Made by a program: the position numbers and the translations under genes. Shown piece after piece: positions 1 to 9,016 of a stretch of 64,000 nucleotides of DNA. This stretch comes from a virus: the IMG/VR virus record IMGVR_UViG_3300037743_000151, positions 7,980-71,979 of that record. One strand, 5' to 3'. The stretch's first letter is position 1. The number at the start of each line of letters is the position of its first letter. The notes under the pieces are model-generated. The model saw nothing but the letters and a program-made list of their open reading frames with translations. It had not been told where the DNA came from and searched no databases.

Positions 1-149
1 AAACCTACGAGGTCACCTACCAGGTCCCCGCAACAGAGCACCAGGAGTGCGACCTCTGGTTCGACCAGGAGCAGGTCAAGGCGATCGAGGTCGAGCAGCA
101 GCCGGTGACCGTCATGCAGTGGAAGCCCGTCTTCCCGGCAGCCGACTAG
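1..149 (+). CDS. 3' end of hypothetical protein (start outside window)
   Basis: Open frame from the window edge (codons phased from nt 3) to TAG 147-149; ends ...QQPVTVMQWKPVFPAAD. Confidence 0.4.
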   Translation, partial: TYEVTYQVPATEHQECDLWFDQEQVKAIEVEQQPVTVMQWKPVFPAAD

Positions 150-186
150 CCACCCCTCCCGGCGCCGCCCCAACAAGGAGAACGTG

Positions 187-1659
187 ATGAGTACGAGACT
201 GACGGAACTGTCGCCAGACCAGGTGGCGGCTCTCGCCACTACCCGCGATAAATGGCTCGCCCACGGTCTCGCGACCGGCCCCGCCGACCGTGCGGAGGCG
301 GAGGCGGGGGTGCGTGATGCGTATCGTGCTGCTGGTTTGGAGCCGCCGCAGACTGTGATCTGGCTTGACTCGCCGATGGCTGGCGCGATCGCTGCCTGGA
401 TGTTCACGACTGCTCGGGCTCAGGTCGGGGATCAGGTCGGGGCTCAGGTCCGGGCTCAGGTCTGGGCTCAGGTCCGGGATCAGGTCTGGGATCAGGTCTG
501 GGATCAGGTCGGGGATCAGGTCTGGGCTCAGGTCGGGGATCAGGTCCGGGATCAGGTCTGGGATCAGGTCTGGGATCAGGTCGGGGATCAGGTCGGGGAT
601 CAGGTCGGGGCTCAGGTCCGGGCTCAGGTCCGGGCTCAGGTCGGGGATCAGGTCGGGGATCAGGTCCGGGATCAGGTCGGGGATCAGGTCTGGGCTCAGG
701 TCCGGGATCAGGTCGGGGATCAGGTCTGGGCTCAGGTCGGGGATCAGGTCTGGGCTCAGGTCTGGGCTCAGGTCGGGGATCAGGTCCGGGATCAGGTCCG
801 GGCTCAGGTCTGGGCTCAGGTCTGGGCTCAGGTCTGGGCTCAGGTCGGGGATCAGGTCCGGGCTCAGGTCGGGGATCAGGTCCGGGCTCAGGTCGGGGAT
901 CAGGTCGGGGATCAGGTCTGGGCTCAGGTCGGGGATCAGGTCCGGGCTCAGGTCGGGGATCAGGTCTGGGCTCAGGTCGGGGATCAGGTCGGGGATCAGG
1001 TCTACAAGGCCGTACCCGGACAGCACGACGCCGGATGGCTCTCGTTCTACGACTACTTCCGCACCCACTGCACCATCCAAGAAGCCGACCGGCTCACCGG
1101 CATGATGCGCGTCTCCCAGTCCGCCGGCTGGTGGTGGCCCTTCCAGAACGCCGTCATCCTCACCGAACGTCCCACCAGCCTCCACCGCGACGGCCAAGGC
1201 CGCCTCCACAACGAGACCGGCCCCGCTCTCGCCTACCCCGACGGGTTCGCCATCTGGGCATGGCACGGCACCCGCGTGCCGCGCGACCTCATCGAAACCA
1301 ACTGGAACCTCAAACAGATCTTCGACGAACCCAACGCGGAAATCCGCCGCTGCGCCATCGAAAAAATCGGCTGGGACCAGTTCATCCAAGAGTCCGGCCT
1401 ACGCAAGGTGGCCTCCTGCCCCGACCCCGGGAACGCCCCCTACCACCTCGCCCTCTACGAGCTGCCCGAGCAGCTCGACAACCTCTACGACGAGCCAGCA
1501 CGCATCCTCCTCGCCGTCAACGGCAGCCCGGAACCCGACGGCGAACACCGCCGCTTCGGCCTGCCCGTCCCCGCACACCACACCGACCCCGTCGAAGCCG
1601 CAGCCGAAATGTACGGCTGGCCCGTGGCCGCCTACCAGCAGCTCGAACACCGCCGCTGA
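187..1659 (+). CDS. Tandem-repeat protein: unique N-terminus, about 49 x (G/R/W)(D/A)QV repeats, conserved C-terminal domain with a WWWPF motif (DUF6745-like, from memory)
   Basis: ORF 184..1659. AAGGAG at 175-180 lies 6 nt before ATG 187. The N- and C-terminal parts have normal protein-like composition only in this frame. Confidence 0.75.
   Translation: MSTRLTELSPDQVAALATTRDKWLAHGLATGPADRAEAEAGVRDAYRAAGLEPPQTVIWLDSPMAGAIAAWMFTTARAQVGDQVGAQVRAQVWAQVRDQVWDQVWDQVGDQVWAQVGDQVRDQVWDQVWDQVGDQVGDQVGAQVRAQVRAQVGDQVGDQVRDQVGDQVWAQVRDQVGDQVWAQVGDQVWAQVWAQVGDQVRDQVRAQVWAQVWAQVWAQVGDQVRAQVGDQVRAQVGDQVGDQVWAQVGDQVRAQVGDQVWAQVGDQVGDQVYKAVPGQHDAGWLSFYDYFRTHCTIQEADRLTGMMRVSQSAGWWWPFQNAVILTERPTSLHRDGQGRLHNETGPALAYPDGFAIWAWHGTRVPRDLIETNWNLKQIFDEPNAEIRRCAIEKIGWDQFIQESGLRKVASCPDPGNAPYHLALYELPEQLDNLYDEPARILLAVNGSPEPDGEHRRFGLPVPAHHTDPVEAAAEMYGWPVAAYQQLEHRR
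415..1002 (+). repeat. Perfect-phase 12-nt tandem repeat CAGGTC[C/T/G]GGG[A/C]T, about 49 units
   Basis: Read directly. Units differ only at unit positions 7 and 11, and no indels were seen. Confidence 0.95.
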
Positions 1660-1696
1660 CCGGCCACCACAACACCCATCACAGAAAGGCACACAC

Positions 1697-2110
1697 ATGA
1701 TCACCCTGTCCCAGCTCGAAACCCTGGCCGCCACCCGCGCCCTGGACCACCTCGACCGCGACGCAGCCCTACCCGTCGTCACCCGCGCCGCCTGCCAGGG
1801 CGACGTATCCGTCCTCCGCGTCACCACCCGGCCCGCCACCACCCCCATCCCGCAGGCCGGCGTCCCCGTCGTCCGCGGCGAGGCCGGAGGCAACACCCAC
1901 TCCCTGCACGCCGCCCCCGCATCGGGCGTGTGCTGGGCCCCGGCCGACGGCCGCGAGGGGGAACTGGCCCTCGGCACGCTCACCGTCCCGGCGGGCGCGG
2001 AGGCGTACCTGCTGCACCCGGAACACGGCGGAATGGCCATCGCCCCGGGCACCTACCGGATCGGCCGGCAGCGTGAGTGGGCTGGTGAGTGGCGTGTCGT
2101 CGCGGACTGA
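1697..2110 (+). CDS. Hypothetical protein
   Basis: ORF with GAAAGG-type SD upstream of ATG 1697; protein-like composition. Confidence 0.6.
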   Translation: MITLSQLETLAATRALDHLDRDAALPVVTRAACQGDVSVLRVTTRPATTPIPQAGVPVVRGEAGGNTHSLHAAPASGVCWAPADGREGELALGTLTVPAGAEAYLLHPEHGGMAIAPGTYRIGRQREWAGEWRVVAD

Positions 2111-2219
2111 CCGTGTGACCACCTGAATCGGCGGCCGCCCCAACGGCCGCCCACCCGGGAGCCCGCCACTTCCCCCGCGGGCTCCCGGGCCCCCAACCAC
2201 CAACAGGAAGAACCCCACC

Positions 2220-2420
2220 ATGACCGGCACCACCACCCGCGGCGACGCCCGCATCCGCCTCCGCGAACACGCCGCCCACCTCTACATCGAAGGCTGCACC
2301 ATCGCGAGCACCGCCCGCCAGATCGGCCGCTCCTACGGCTGCACCCGCACCCTCCTCCTCGAAGCCGGCGTCCGGCTCCGCAAGCCCGGCGGGCACCGCG
2401 GCACCACCTTCCGCAAGTAA
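2220..2420 (+). CDS. Small helix-turn-helix DNA-binding protein
   Basis: 66 aa. The segment CTIASTARQIGRSYGCTRTLLLEAGV looks like an HTH. AGGAAG SD upstream. Confidence 0.55.
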   Translation: MTGTTTRGDARIRLREHAAHLYIEGCTIASTARQIGRSYGCTRTLLLEAGVRLRKPGGHRGTTFRK

Positions 2421-2437
2421 CCGCATTGGAGGCCCCG

Positions 2438-2767
2438 ATGCCCGCCCAACAACCCACCCTCGACGGCACCCTCCCCACCCCGGACGACAGCCTCAGCTAC
2501 CAGGAATGGGCCGACCACATCCGGCCCGCGTTCGTCGAGGCCGCCGAAGCCGGCCGCCGCTTCACCAGCTACGAAATCGCCCGCGACCACGACCTCCCCG
2601 AACCCGCCAACCCCCGTGCCGACTGGGGCAACTTCGTTCAGTCCCTCGTCCGCGACCACGTCATCGAGCACTGCGGCTGGGACGAAACCATCCGCCCCGG
2701 CGGAGAGCACTCCGGGGTGAAGGTTTGGCGCGGCACACGCGCCGCACAAGCCGGACACGCCGCGTAA
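2438..2767 (+). CDS. Hypothetical protein
   Basis: ORF 2426..2767. GGAGG at 2428-2432 favours ATG 2438 as the start. Confidence 0.55.
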   Translation: MPAQQPTLDGTLPTPDDSLSYQEWADHIRPAFVEAAEAGRRFTSYEIARDHDLPEPANPRADWGNFVQSLVRDHVIEHCGWDETIRPGGEHSGVKVWRGTRAAQAGHAA

Positions 2768-2823
2768 CCGCACACGACAACGGCCCCGCACAAGGCGAGG
2801 CCGGAGAGGAGGGAGGGGACGTG

Positions 2824-3162
2824 TCAGGAGTCGACAGCCAGGGCAGCCGAGTGGATCGCCTCGCGGATGATGCGGGACGTCGCCTCGTCGTAGGACTTCG
2901 CGTCAGCCCCCGGCGTCTGGGTGCGTCGGTGCAGCTCGTCGATGATCGCCCGGTCGCGAACCGCCTGTTCGTAGAACTCGGGCGGCACCACCATCGCCAC
3001 CCTCTTGCCGCGCTCCGTGAATGCGCCCGGCCGCTGGCCCCAGCTGACCTCACGGATCAGCGAGGTCAGCGCGGCGCGGGCGTCGGTCATTGCCACGTCG
3101 GCGACGCCGTCGTCCTTGATCTCGATCTTCGGGTGCAGGGCCATGGCCAGAGTGTAAGTCAT
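2824..3162 (-). CDS. Phd/YefM-family antitoxin-like protein (orphan)
   Basis: VAMTDARAALTSLIREV...GKRVAMVVPPEFYEQ matches the Phd/YefM N-terminal pattern. GGAAGGA SD lies before the ATG at 3162. It is the only minus-strand gene in this block. Confidence 0.65.
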   Translation of the reverse strand: MTYTLAMALHPKIEIKDDGVADVAMTDARAALTSLIREVSWGQRPGAFTERGKRVAMVVPPEFYEQAVRDRAIIDELHRRTQTPGADAKSYDEATSRIIREAIHSAALAVDS

Positions 3163-3268
3163 TGCCAATCCTTCCAATATCACCAATCTTTAAAGCAGTA
3201 TGGCAGTGCAAGCCCGACACCGCCAGACCGCAAAACGAGCCATGCCAGATAGACGAAAGGAGGACTGC

Positions 3269-4054
3269 GTGACCGACATCGTGCAGGCACCGAACACCGA
3301 GGAAGCCCGAGCCCGAGCCGACCGCATCCGCTCCGGCATGCGCGTCCTCGCCGCGTGGCAGCAAGACGTAATCGCCGCCTACGCCGCCCGCGACTGGGAC
3401 ACCCTCGGCTACGAGACATGGGACGCGTACATCGACGGCGAGTACGGCGAGCACCGCGTACGACTCCCGCGCGAGCAGCGCCGCGAGATCGTCGCCGGGA
3501 TGTCCGCCGCGGGCATGTCCACCCGAGCTATCGGGGCCGCAGTCGGTGTCCACCACGACACCGTGAACCGCGACGTTCAGGCGACTGTCGGAAATACGAC
3601 AGACGACCAGCCGCGCACGGTGCTGTCCCTCGACGGTCGCGAGCGCCCGGCCACCCGTCCTGCGGTCGACGAGAACGTATGGATCGAGCCCGGCACGGAC
3701 GAGGTGGTCGACGCCGAACTCGTCGACGAGCCCGCGCGCGCCGAGCCCTCCAGGCCGAAGCGTCGCCCCTTCCCCGAGGCGTTCACTGACGCCTCCCATG
3801 ACCTCGCCCGCATCGCGGAACGCCTCGACCGCCTGCGCGACGACGACCGGTTCACCCGCAACCGGCACCAGACCCACCACAGGGCCTCCGACATCGTCCG
3901 AGCCCTGGACTCCGTCACCCAACTCGCCGTCGACATGGACCTGTCCACGGCTGAGACAAGCGAAGAGGCCCGCCGCTGGTGGGCGACGAGCCTCCACAAA
4001 ATCTCCGACGCCCTGCGCGACGTCGCCAACTCCCTCGAACAGGAGCACTCATGA
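3269..4054 (+). CDS. HTH DNA-binding protein (ParB/KorB-like)
   Basis: AAAGGAGGA SD then GTG 3269. The segment AAGMSTRAIGAAVGVHHDTVNRD looks like an HTH. Its stop overlaps the next start (ATGA). Confidence 0.55.
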   Translation: MTDIVQAPNTEEARARADRIRSGMRVLAAWQQDVIAAYAARDWDTLGYETWDAYIDGEYGEHRVRLPREQRREIVAGMSAAGMSTRAIGAAVGVHHDTVNRDVQATVGNTTDDQPRTVLSLDGRERPATRPAVDENVWIEPGTDEVVDAELVDEPARAEPSRPKRRPFPEAFTDASHDLARIAERLDRLRDDDRFTRNRHQTHHRASDIVRALDSVTQLAVDMDLSTAETSEEARRWWATSLHKISDALRDVANSLEQEHS

Positions 4055-4932
4055 ACAACTCCATCGTACCGAGCCCCGCCCACGACGGCCCGATCTACAC
4101 CGTCGTCGACATCACCCCCGACCTCGCCAAGAAGTGGCTCGGCCAGAACACCCACAACCGCAACCTCCGCGAGCGCGTCGTCAACGGCTACGCCGCCGAC
4201 ATGCGCGACGGCAACTGGGTCGAGGACGGCCAGAGCATCAAGTTCGCCAAGGGCGACATCGTCCTCCTCGACAACCCGCCCATCATCGGCGGCGCACTTC
4301 TCGACGGCCAGCACCGTCTCAGCGCCGTCGCCACCGCCGACACCACCATCCGCATGCTCGTCGTCTCCAACCTGCTCGACAGCACGCAAGAGACCATGGA
4401 CACCGGCGCCAAGCGCAGCCTCGGTGACGTCCTCAAGCTCCGCGGCGAGGACCACTATGTCTCGCTGGCCGCCGCTCTTCTCCGCGTCTTCGTGTGGAAG
4501 CACGGAGCCCGCCGGAACCTCAGGCTCGCAGGCGAAGCGCGCCCCACACACCGTCAGCTCCTCAAGGTCCTCGAAGAGCACCCTGAACTGCGACGTTCCG
4601 CCGAGATCTCTGGCCGTGTCAGGAGTTCCGTGCGCCTCACATCCAGCACCGCCGGCCTGTGCCACTGGCTCTTCAACCAGATCGACCAGGGCGACTGTGC
4701 CTTCTTCTTCGCCCGCCTCTGCGACGGCGCTGGCCTGATGCCCGGTGACCCCGTCTACGCCCTGCGCCGGGTGGTGGAGAACCTCGCCAAGGGGCCTGGC
4801 CGCCCCGACGAGGCATACATGACCGCGCTGGTGATCAAGGCGTGGAACCTCTACCGGGCTGGCCAGGAAATCCAGACGCTCGCGTTCAAGTCTGGCGGCG
4901 CCACCCCGGAGGCGTACCCCGAACCCAAGTAG
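4052..4932 (+). CDS. ParB/sulfiredoxin-fold N-terminal domain protein (LLDGQHRL motif)
   Basis: ATG 4052 overlaps the upstream stop. DGQHR-type motif typical of ParB-like nuclease-domain proteins. Confidence 0.6.
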
Positions 4933-5004
4933 CCCCACCGCGGGGCCGTCCACCGCGGCGGCCCCGCTCCTCTCCCCAATCAGCACGGACGGAAGAAGCT
5001 CTTC

Positions 5005-5946
5005 ATGGCCTGGTTCGCCCTCGATGACGGGTTCGACACGCACCCCAAGGTGCGCAAGGCGGGCAACGCCGCCGTCGGTCTCTTCGTGCGCCTCGGCGTC
5101 CACGCCACCAGGCACCTCACCGAGGGCCACCTCGACGGCGACATCGTCCGCCAGTACGGCACCGAGCCCAACGTCCGCAAGCTCATCGCCGTCGGAATGC
5201 TCCACCCGTCCGGGCACACCTGCCCGCGGTGCGAGCAGCCGGCCGACGGCGACTACGTCATCCACGACTACCTCGACTACAACAAGTCCCGCGCGCAGAT
5301 CGAAGCCGCCCGCGAGGCGGCCCGGAAGCGGCAGCAGAAAGGCCGCGACAACGCCCGCTCGAACCGGAATCGCGCTGGAAACGGCTCGGATTCGGGCTCG
5401 ATTCGGAGCGGAAACGGATCCGAATCGGAGCGGAATCGGACCCGAAAAGACCCCCTGTTTGAGGACTCCACCGCAGGTCAGGAAGACCTGTCACGGCGTG
5501 ACACCCATGAGGGTGCAACGGTTGTCCCCTCCCCTCCCCTCCCCTCCCATAACTACGACGGGGCTGAGGTAGATGGGGGATCTACCGGTAGTAGGGCCGC
5601 TGATCTTGACGCTTACGCGCCCACACCCATCGAGGTCGACGGCTTCCAACTGACCGACTCAATGCGCCGCTGGTCCGCCGCCACCTACCCCGGACTCGAC
5701 ATCGACCACGCCACCGCCCAGTTCATCTCCCACTACCGCTCCACCGGCGCCCGCCGGAAGTCGTGGCCCGACGCCTGGCAGAAGTGGATCCGCGACGACG
5801 CCAAAAAGGCCGCCGAGCGCCGCCCATACGGCACGTCGAACGTCATCGCCCTCCCCGGCCAGCACCAGCCCCTCACCGGCACCGACGCGAAAGTCGCCGG
5901 CTGGGCAGCCATCGCCGACCAACTCCGCGAGCAGGGCTCAGCATGA
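5005..5946 (+). CDS. Putative replication or DNA-binding protein (function uncertain)
   Basis: 313 aa. N-terminus MAWFALDDGFDTHPKV..., a CPRC motif, and a basic low-complexity linker. Confidence 0.5.
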   Translation: MAWFALDDGFDTHPKVRKAGNAAVGLFVRLGVHATRHLTEGHLDGDIVRQYGTEPNVRKLIAVGMLHPSGHTCPRCEQPADGDYVIHDYLDYNKSRAQIEAAREAARKRQQKGRDNARSNRNRAGNGSDSGSIRSGNGSESERNRTRKDPLFEDSTAGQEDLSRRDTHEGATVVPSPPLPSHNYDGAEVDGGSTGSRAADLDAYAPTPIEVDGFQLTDSMRRWSAATYPGLDIDHATAQFISHYRSTGARRKSWPDAWQKWIRDDAKKAAERRPYGTSNVIALPGQHQPLTGTDAKVAGWAAIADQLREQGSA

Positions 5947-6101
5947 CCGGCCGCCAGCTCCCCGACGACTGCCCCTGCCCATGGGTGCGACACCCCGACG
6001 GCAACCCCTGGATCCGCTGGCCCCACCCCAACTGCCCGCACCACAGCCCGCCCTTCCGGGCCGGCCCGCCCACCACCTCGATCCGAAAGGCCGAGCGATG
6101 A
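5943..6101 (+). CDS. Small Cys/His-rich hypothetical protein
   Basis: 52 codons with ATGA overlaps at both ends (5943 and 6098). Confidence 0.35.
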   Translation: MTGRQLPDDCPCPWVRHPDGNPWIRWPHPNCPHHSPPFRAGPPTTSIRKAER

Positions 6102-6835
6102 ACCCCACCGAAGCGGCCGAACTCCTCGGCCACTGCTCCTCCTTCGACAACCGCAAGCCGTCCCTTGCCGCCGCCGTCGCGTGGGCATCCGCCCTGCACG
6201 ACATCCCGCTGGATGCCGACGCCAAGGCCGCCGTCGCCAGCTACTACACGACGCCGCCGAGGGATCCGGACGCCAAGTTGTGGATCATGCCGCACCACGT
6301 CCGCACCCTCCGCTCGAAGCTTCGGTCCGTGCGGCTGGAGAACTTCCGGTACGAGCCCATCGCGGGCGAGACCGTCGGCGAGTTCATGGCCCGTTACCGC
6401 GGCCAGGTCCAAGCCATCGCTTCCGGCCGCATCCCGGCCCCGTCCGGCCGGCTCGCGCTGGAGGGCGGACCGACGCGGGAGTTCATGCAGGAGCTGGAGG
6501 CCCGCGGCTGGGACGGCCTCCGCACGGTCCCCGACTCCGACGAGGAAGCCGCCGCCAACACCGTGCGCCGGGCCGGTCCGCTCGGCGTGATCTGCCCCGC
6601 CTGCTCCGCGGCCATAGGACGCCCGTGCAAGACGCCGGGGGGCAACGACCGTCAGCCGCTCGGCAAGCCGCGCCTCAAGCCCCACAGCGCCCGCCTGAGA
6701 GCCGCTCAGGGCGTCCCGGAGGCCACGGAGGCGGAACGGGCCGCACGCGAGCAGCGGATCCGCGAGAGAGCCGCACAGCACCTCGCCCAACACGACGACG
6801 ACATCCCCGACGCCGAGATCGTCGAGACCCCGTGA
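6098..6835 (+). CDS. Hypothetical protein with C-terminal CPxC...C...PH zinc-finger-like motif
   Basis: In-frame ATG 6098 overlaps the upstream stop. C-terminus: CPACSAAIGRPCKTPGG...KPHSARL. Confidence 0.6.
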   Translation: MNPTEAAELLGHCSSFDNRKPSLAAAVAWASALHDIPLDADAKAAVASYYTTPPRDPDAKLWIMPHHVRTLRSKLRSVRLENFRYEPIAGETVGEFMARYRGQVQAIASGRIPAPSGRLALEGGPTREFMQELEARGWDGLRTVPDSDEEAAANTVRRAGPLGVICPACSAAIGRPCKTPGGNDRQPLGKPRLKPHSARLRAAQGVPEATEAERAAREQRIRERAAQHLAQHDDDIPDAEIVETP

Positions 6836-6987
6836 CCCGCCACCCGCCCGCCTGGCAGATCCGCTGCCCCTGGTGCCACGCCCCACCCGGTACCCGCTGC
6901 ACCAGCCCCCGCGGCCGACGACTCGCCATCGACACCCACGACGCACGCACCACCGCATGGACCCGACGACCCCAGGAGACCAAGTGA
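6832..6987 (+). CDS. Small zinc-finger-like protein, paralogous to the C-terminus of the preceding gene
   Basis: GTGA overlap at 6832. CPWCHAPPGTRCTSPRG...THDAR repeats the upstream motif. Confidence 0.45.
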   Translation: MTRHPPAWQIRCPWCHAPPGTRCTSPRGRRLAIDTHDARTTAWTRRPQETK

Positions 6988-7322
6988 CCGCCACGCCCGA
7001 GCCCGTCGTCCGCGCCACGCAGTACGCCGTCAACTGCCTCCCCGAAGACGGCATCGACAGCCACGTCTTCGAGATCACCGTCGAATACCGCGGCAACGAC
7101 CGGTGGGCCGTCAAACGCCACTCCCAATGCCTCGACATCAACGGCGTCTGGGACTGGGAGATGCGCCCCTCCGAACGCGAAGACGACTGGCTCGACACCC
7201 ACCGCTTCGACCTCGACACGGCGCTGCGGCTCGCGAAGGAACAGGCGCCGCTCGTCACCGTGAACGGGCACACCGTCACCGACGCCCTCCGTCTGGCACA
7301 GCAACGACGGGAAGCCCAGTGA
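6984..7322 (+). CDS. Hypothetical protein
   Basis: GTGA overlap at 6984; balanced composition. Confidence 0.55.
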   Translation: MTATPEPVVRATQYAVNCLPEDGIDSHVFEITVEYRGNDRWAVKRHSQCLDINGVWDWEMRPSEREDDWLDTHRFDLDTALRLAKEQAPLVTVNGHTVTDALRLAQQRREAQ

Positions 7323-7546
7323 CCGCGCCCGTGGTCCTGTGTCGCTGCGGTCGCCGTCTTCGTACGCCGGAGTCCCGCGCCGTCGGCATCGGCCCCGTAT
7401 GCGCCAGGAAGCTAGCTGGATTGCCCGCAGACGGCCGCGCAGCCTCTCAGGGCACCCGACTGCCACCCGGACTCTCGCAACGCCCCACGCGCCTTCCTAC
7501 GCCCCCACAGCCCGGACAGACCGAACTCCCCCTGGAGGACACGTGA
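7319..7546 (+). CDS. DUF6011-like small protein
   Basis: GTGA overlap at 7319. CRCGRRLRTPESRAVGIGPVCARK matches the motif as remembered. Confidence 0.55.
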   Translation: MTAPVVLCRCGRRLRTPESRAVGIGPVCARKLAGLPADGRAASQGTRLPPGLSQRPTRLPTPPQPGQTELPLEDT

Positions 7547-7746
7547 CCCCGCTGGAGCGCCTCATGCAGGAAGCCATCCCGGTACGCCCCCCAGCCAAGC
7601 CCGCCTACGAGCCCTGGACCCCCGAGGAACAAGCCCAACACCGCGCCGACCTCGCCGCCGCCGTAGCCGACTGGCACTCCAACGACCACCGCGACATCCG
7701 CAAACGCACCCGCCACCACCGCCTCACCACCCGCACCGCCGCCTGA
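7543..7746 (+). CDS. Hypothetical protein
   Basis: GTGA overlap at 7543. Confidence 0.45.
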   Translation: MTPLERLMQEAIPVRPPAKPAYEPWTPEEQAQHRADLAAAVADWHSNDHRDIRKRTRHHRLTTRTAA

Positions 7747-7771
7747 CGCCGCGACCCGAAAGGCCAACCAC

Positions 7772-8230
7772 ATGACCAGCCCCACCCGCATCCAACGCCG
7801 CACCAAGGGATGGACCCTCGGCAGGGCAGCCGACCCCATCCGAGGCGGCGTCATCGTCAGCCGCCCCTCCCGCTACGGCAACCCCTGCAAGATCGCACTG
7901 ATGCAGGAGATGGGCTACGAAGACCCGCACGCCGCAGCCGCCGACAACTTCCGCATCTGGCTCGCCGGATCCCGCTCCGACGCACCCACCGACGAAGCCG
8001 ACCGCCGCCGCGAACGCATCCTCGCCGGACTCCACCTGCTGCGCGGCAAAGACCTCGCCTGCACCTGCGCCTACGGCAAGGCATGCCACGCCGACGAGTT
8101 GCTGCGCCGCGCCAACATGCCCGCCGCCGAACTCGCCGCCTGGATCAACGTCGTCCGCGCCCGCGTCGACCGCCAGCGGATCGCCTGGGGCGAACAGCCC
8201 ATGTACAGCCCCACCCCCGCCCGCCCGTGA
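7772..8230 (+). CDS. DUF4326-like protein
   Basis: RPSRYGNPC ... LACTCAYGKACHADELL pattern. GAAAGG SD upstream. Confidence 0.6.
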   Translation: MTSPTRIQRRTKGWTLGRAADPIRGGVIVSRPSRYGNPCKIALMQEMGYEDPHAAAADNFRIWLAGSRSDAPTDEADRRRERILAGLHLLRGKDLACTCAYGKACHADELLRRANMPAAELAAWINVVRARVDRQRIAWGEQPMYSPTPARP

Positions 8231-8318
8231 TCACTACCGCGAACCCGCCGACACCCAGACGCCCATCACAACACGCAGCGTCTCGCCACCCGCCCGCCAC
8301 ACACAGCTTGGAGACGAC

Positions 8319-8618
8319 ATGACCACACCCGCCGACGAACTCCGCACCGCCGCCCAGGCGCTGCGTCCATCCTCGCCCGCAGTCGCCGCTCACACCGTGG
8401 CGGTACGGATCACACCCGCTGTCGCGGAGGCCTTCGCCGACTGGCTGGCCGAGACCGCCGAGCACCACGACGCCTCTGTGGTCGCCGCTCGGCAGGTGTG
8501 GGGCAGCGAGGCTGAGGACGAGGCGCATGAGTGGCTCACCACCGGCTACGGCCGCGTGGCCCCGCAGGCGCTTGCCGTCGCTCGCGCGATCAACGCTGCC
8601 GCTTCTCCCGCCCCGTGA
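8319..8618 (+). CDS. Hypothetical protein
   Basis: GGAGAC SD before ATG 8319. Confidence 0.5.
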   Translation: MTTPADELRTAAQALRPSSPAVAAHTVAVRITPAVAEAFADWLAETAEHHDASVVAARQVWGSEAEDEAHEWLTTGYGRVAPQALAVARAINAAASPAP

Positions 8619-8691
8619 CCGCAGAAGGCCGCCCGCTGATCGAAGCAGCGGGCGCCCGGCCCAACCATCCCACACACACCGGAGGACACCC

Positions 8692-8961
8692 GTGCCCACC
8701 CCTGACGACGCCACCGTCGCCCGCATGTACGACGCCATCGAGTACGCCCGGTGGCAGGACCTAGCCGACGCCCTCAACGCGCTCACCGAATGGGGCGCCA
8801 ACCCCCTATTGGCCCTCGCCGACCGTCTCGGCGTGAACGGCATCACTGAGCTGGACCCGGCCGAGGACCACCACACGTACCGGCTGCGGTACCGGGCGCC
8901 ATTCAGCGACGAGCGATCCGACGGCCGTGGTGGCTGGGCTGTCGAGTCCCGCACCCCCTGA
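8692..8961 (+). CDS. Hypothetical protein
   Basis: GGAGGA SD before in-frame GTG 8692 within ORF 8527..8961. Confidence 0.45.
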   Translation: MPTPDDATVARMYDAIEYARWQDLADALNALTEWGANPLLALADRLGVNGITELDPAEDHHTYRLRYRAPFSDERSDGRGGWAVESRTP

Positions 8962-9016
8962 CCACCCGCCCCCTTGCCGGCCGTCTCGTGCGGCCGGCCC
9001 TACCCCTGGAGACCCC

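Noticed and set aside
415-1002. Possible CRISPR array
   Set aside because: The units are contiguous 12-mers with no spacers, and they lie in frame inside a gene.
112-1389. 425-aa minus-strand ORF with DLIPDLSP repeats, and the 365..1105 plus-strand ORF with GLRSGIRS repeats
   Set aside because: Both exist only because the 12-nt repeat has no stop codons in these frames. Their non-repeat parts are Arg/Gly/Pro-rich off-frame noise. The 187..1659 frame has an SD and protein-like flanking domains.
2824-3186. Complete toxin-antitoxin pair around the Phd/YefM-like gene
   Set aside because: No toxin-sized ORF is coupled on the same strand on either side, so only an orphan antitoxin is reported.
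3577-7279. Long antisense ORFs (3577..5265 and 5873..7279) opposite the early genes
   Set aside because: These are typical high-GC antisense open frames. They are rich in Arg/Gly/Ala/Val, have no SD or coupling, and overlap well-supported plus-strand genes.
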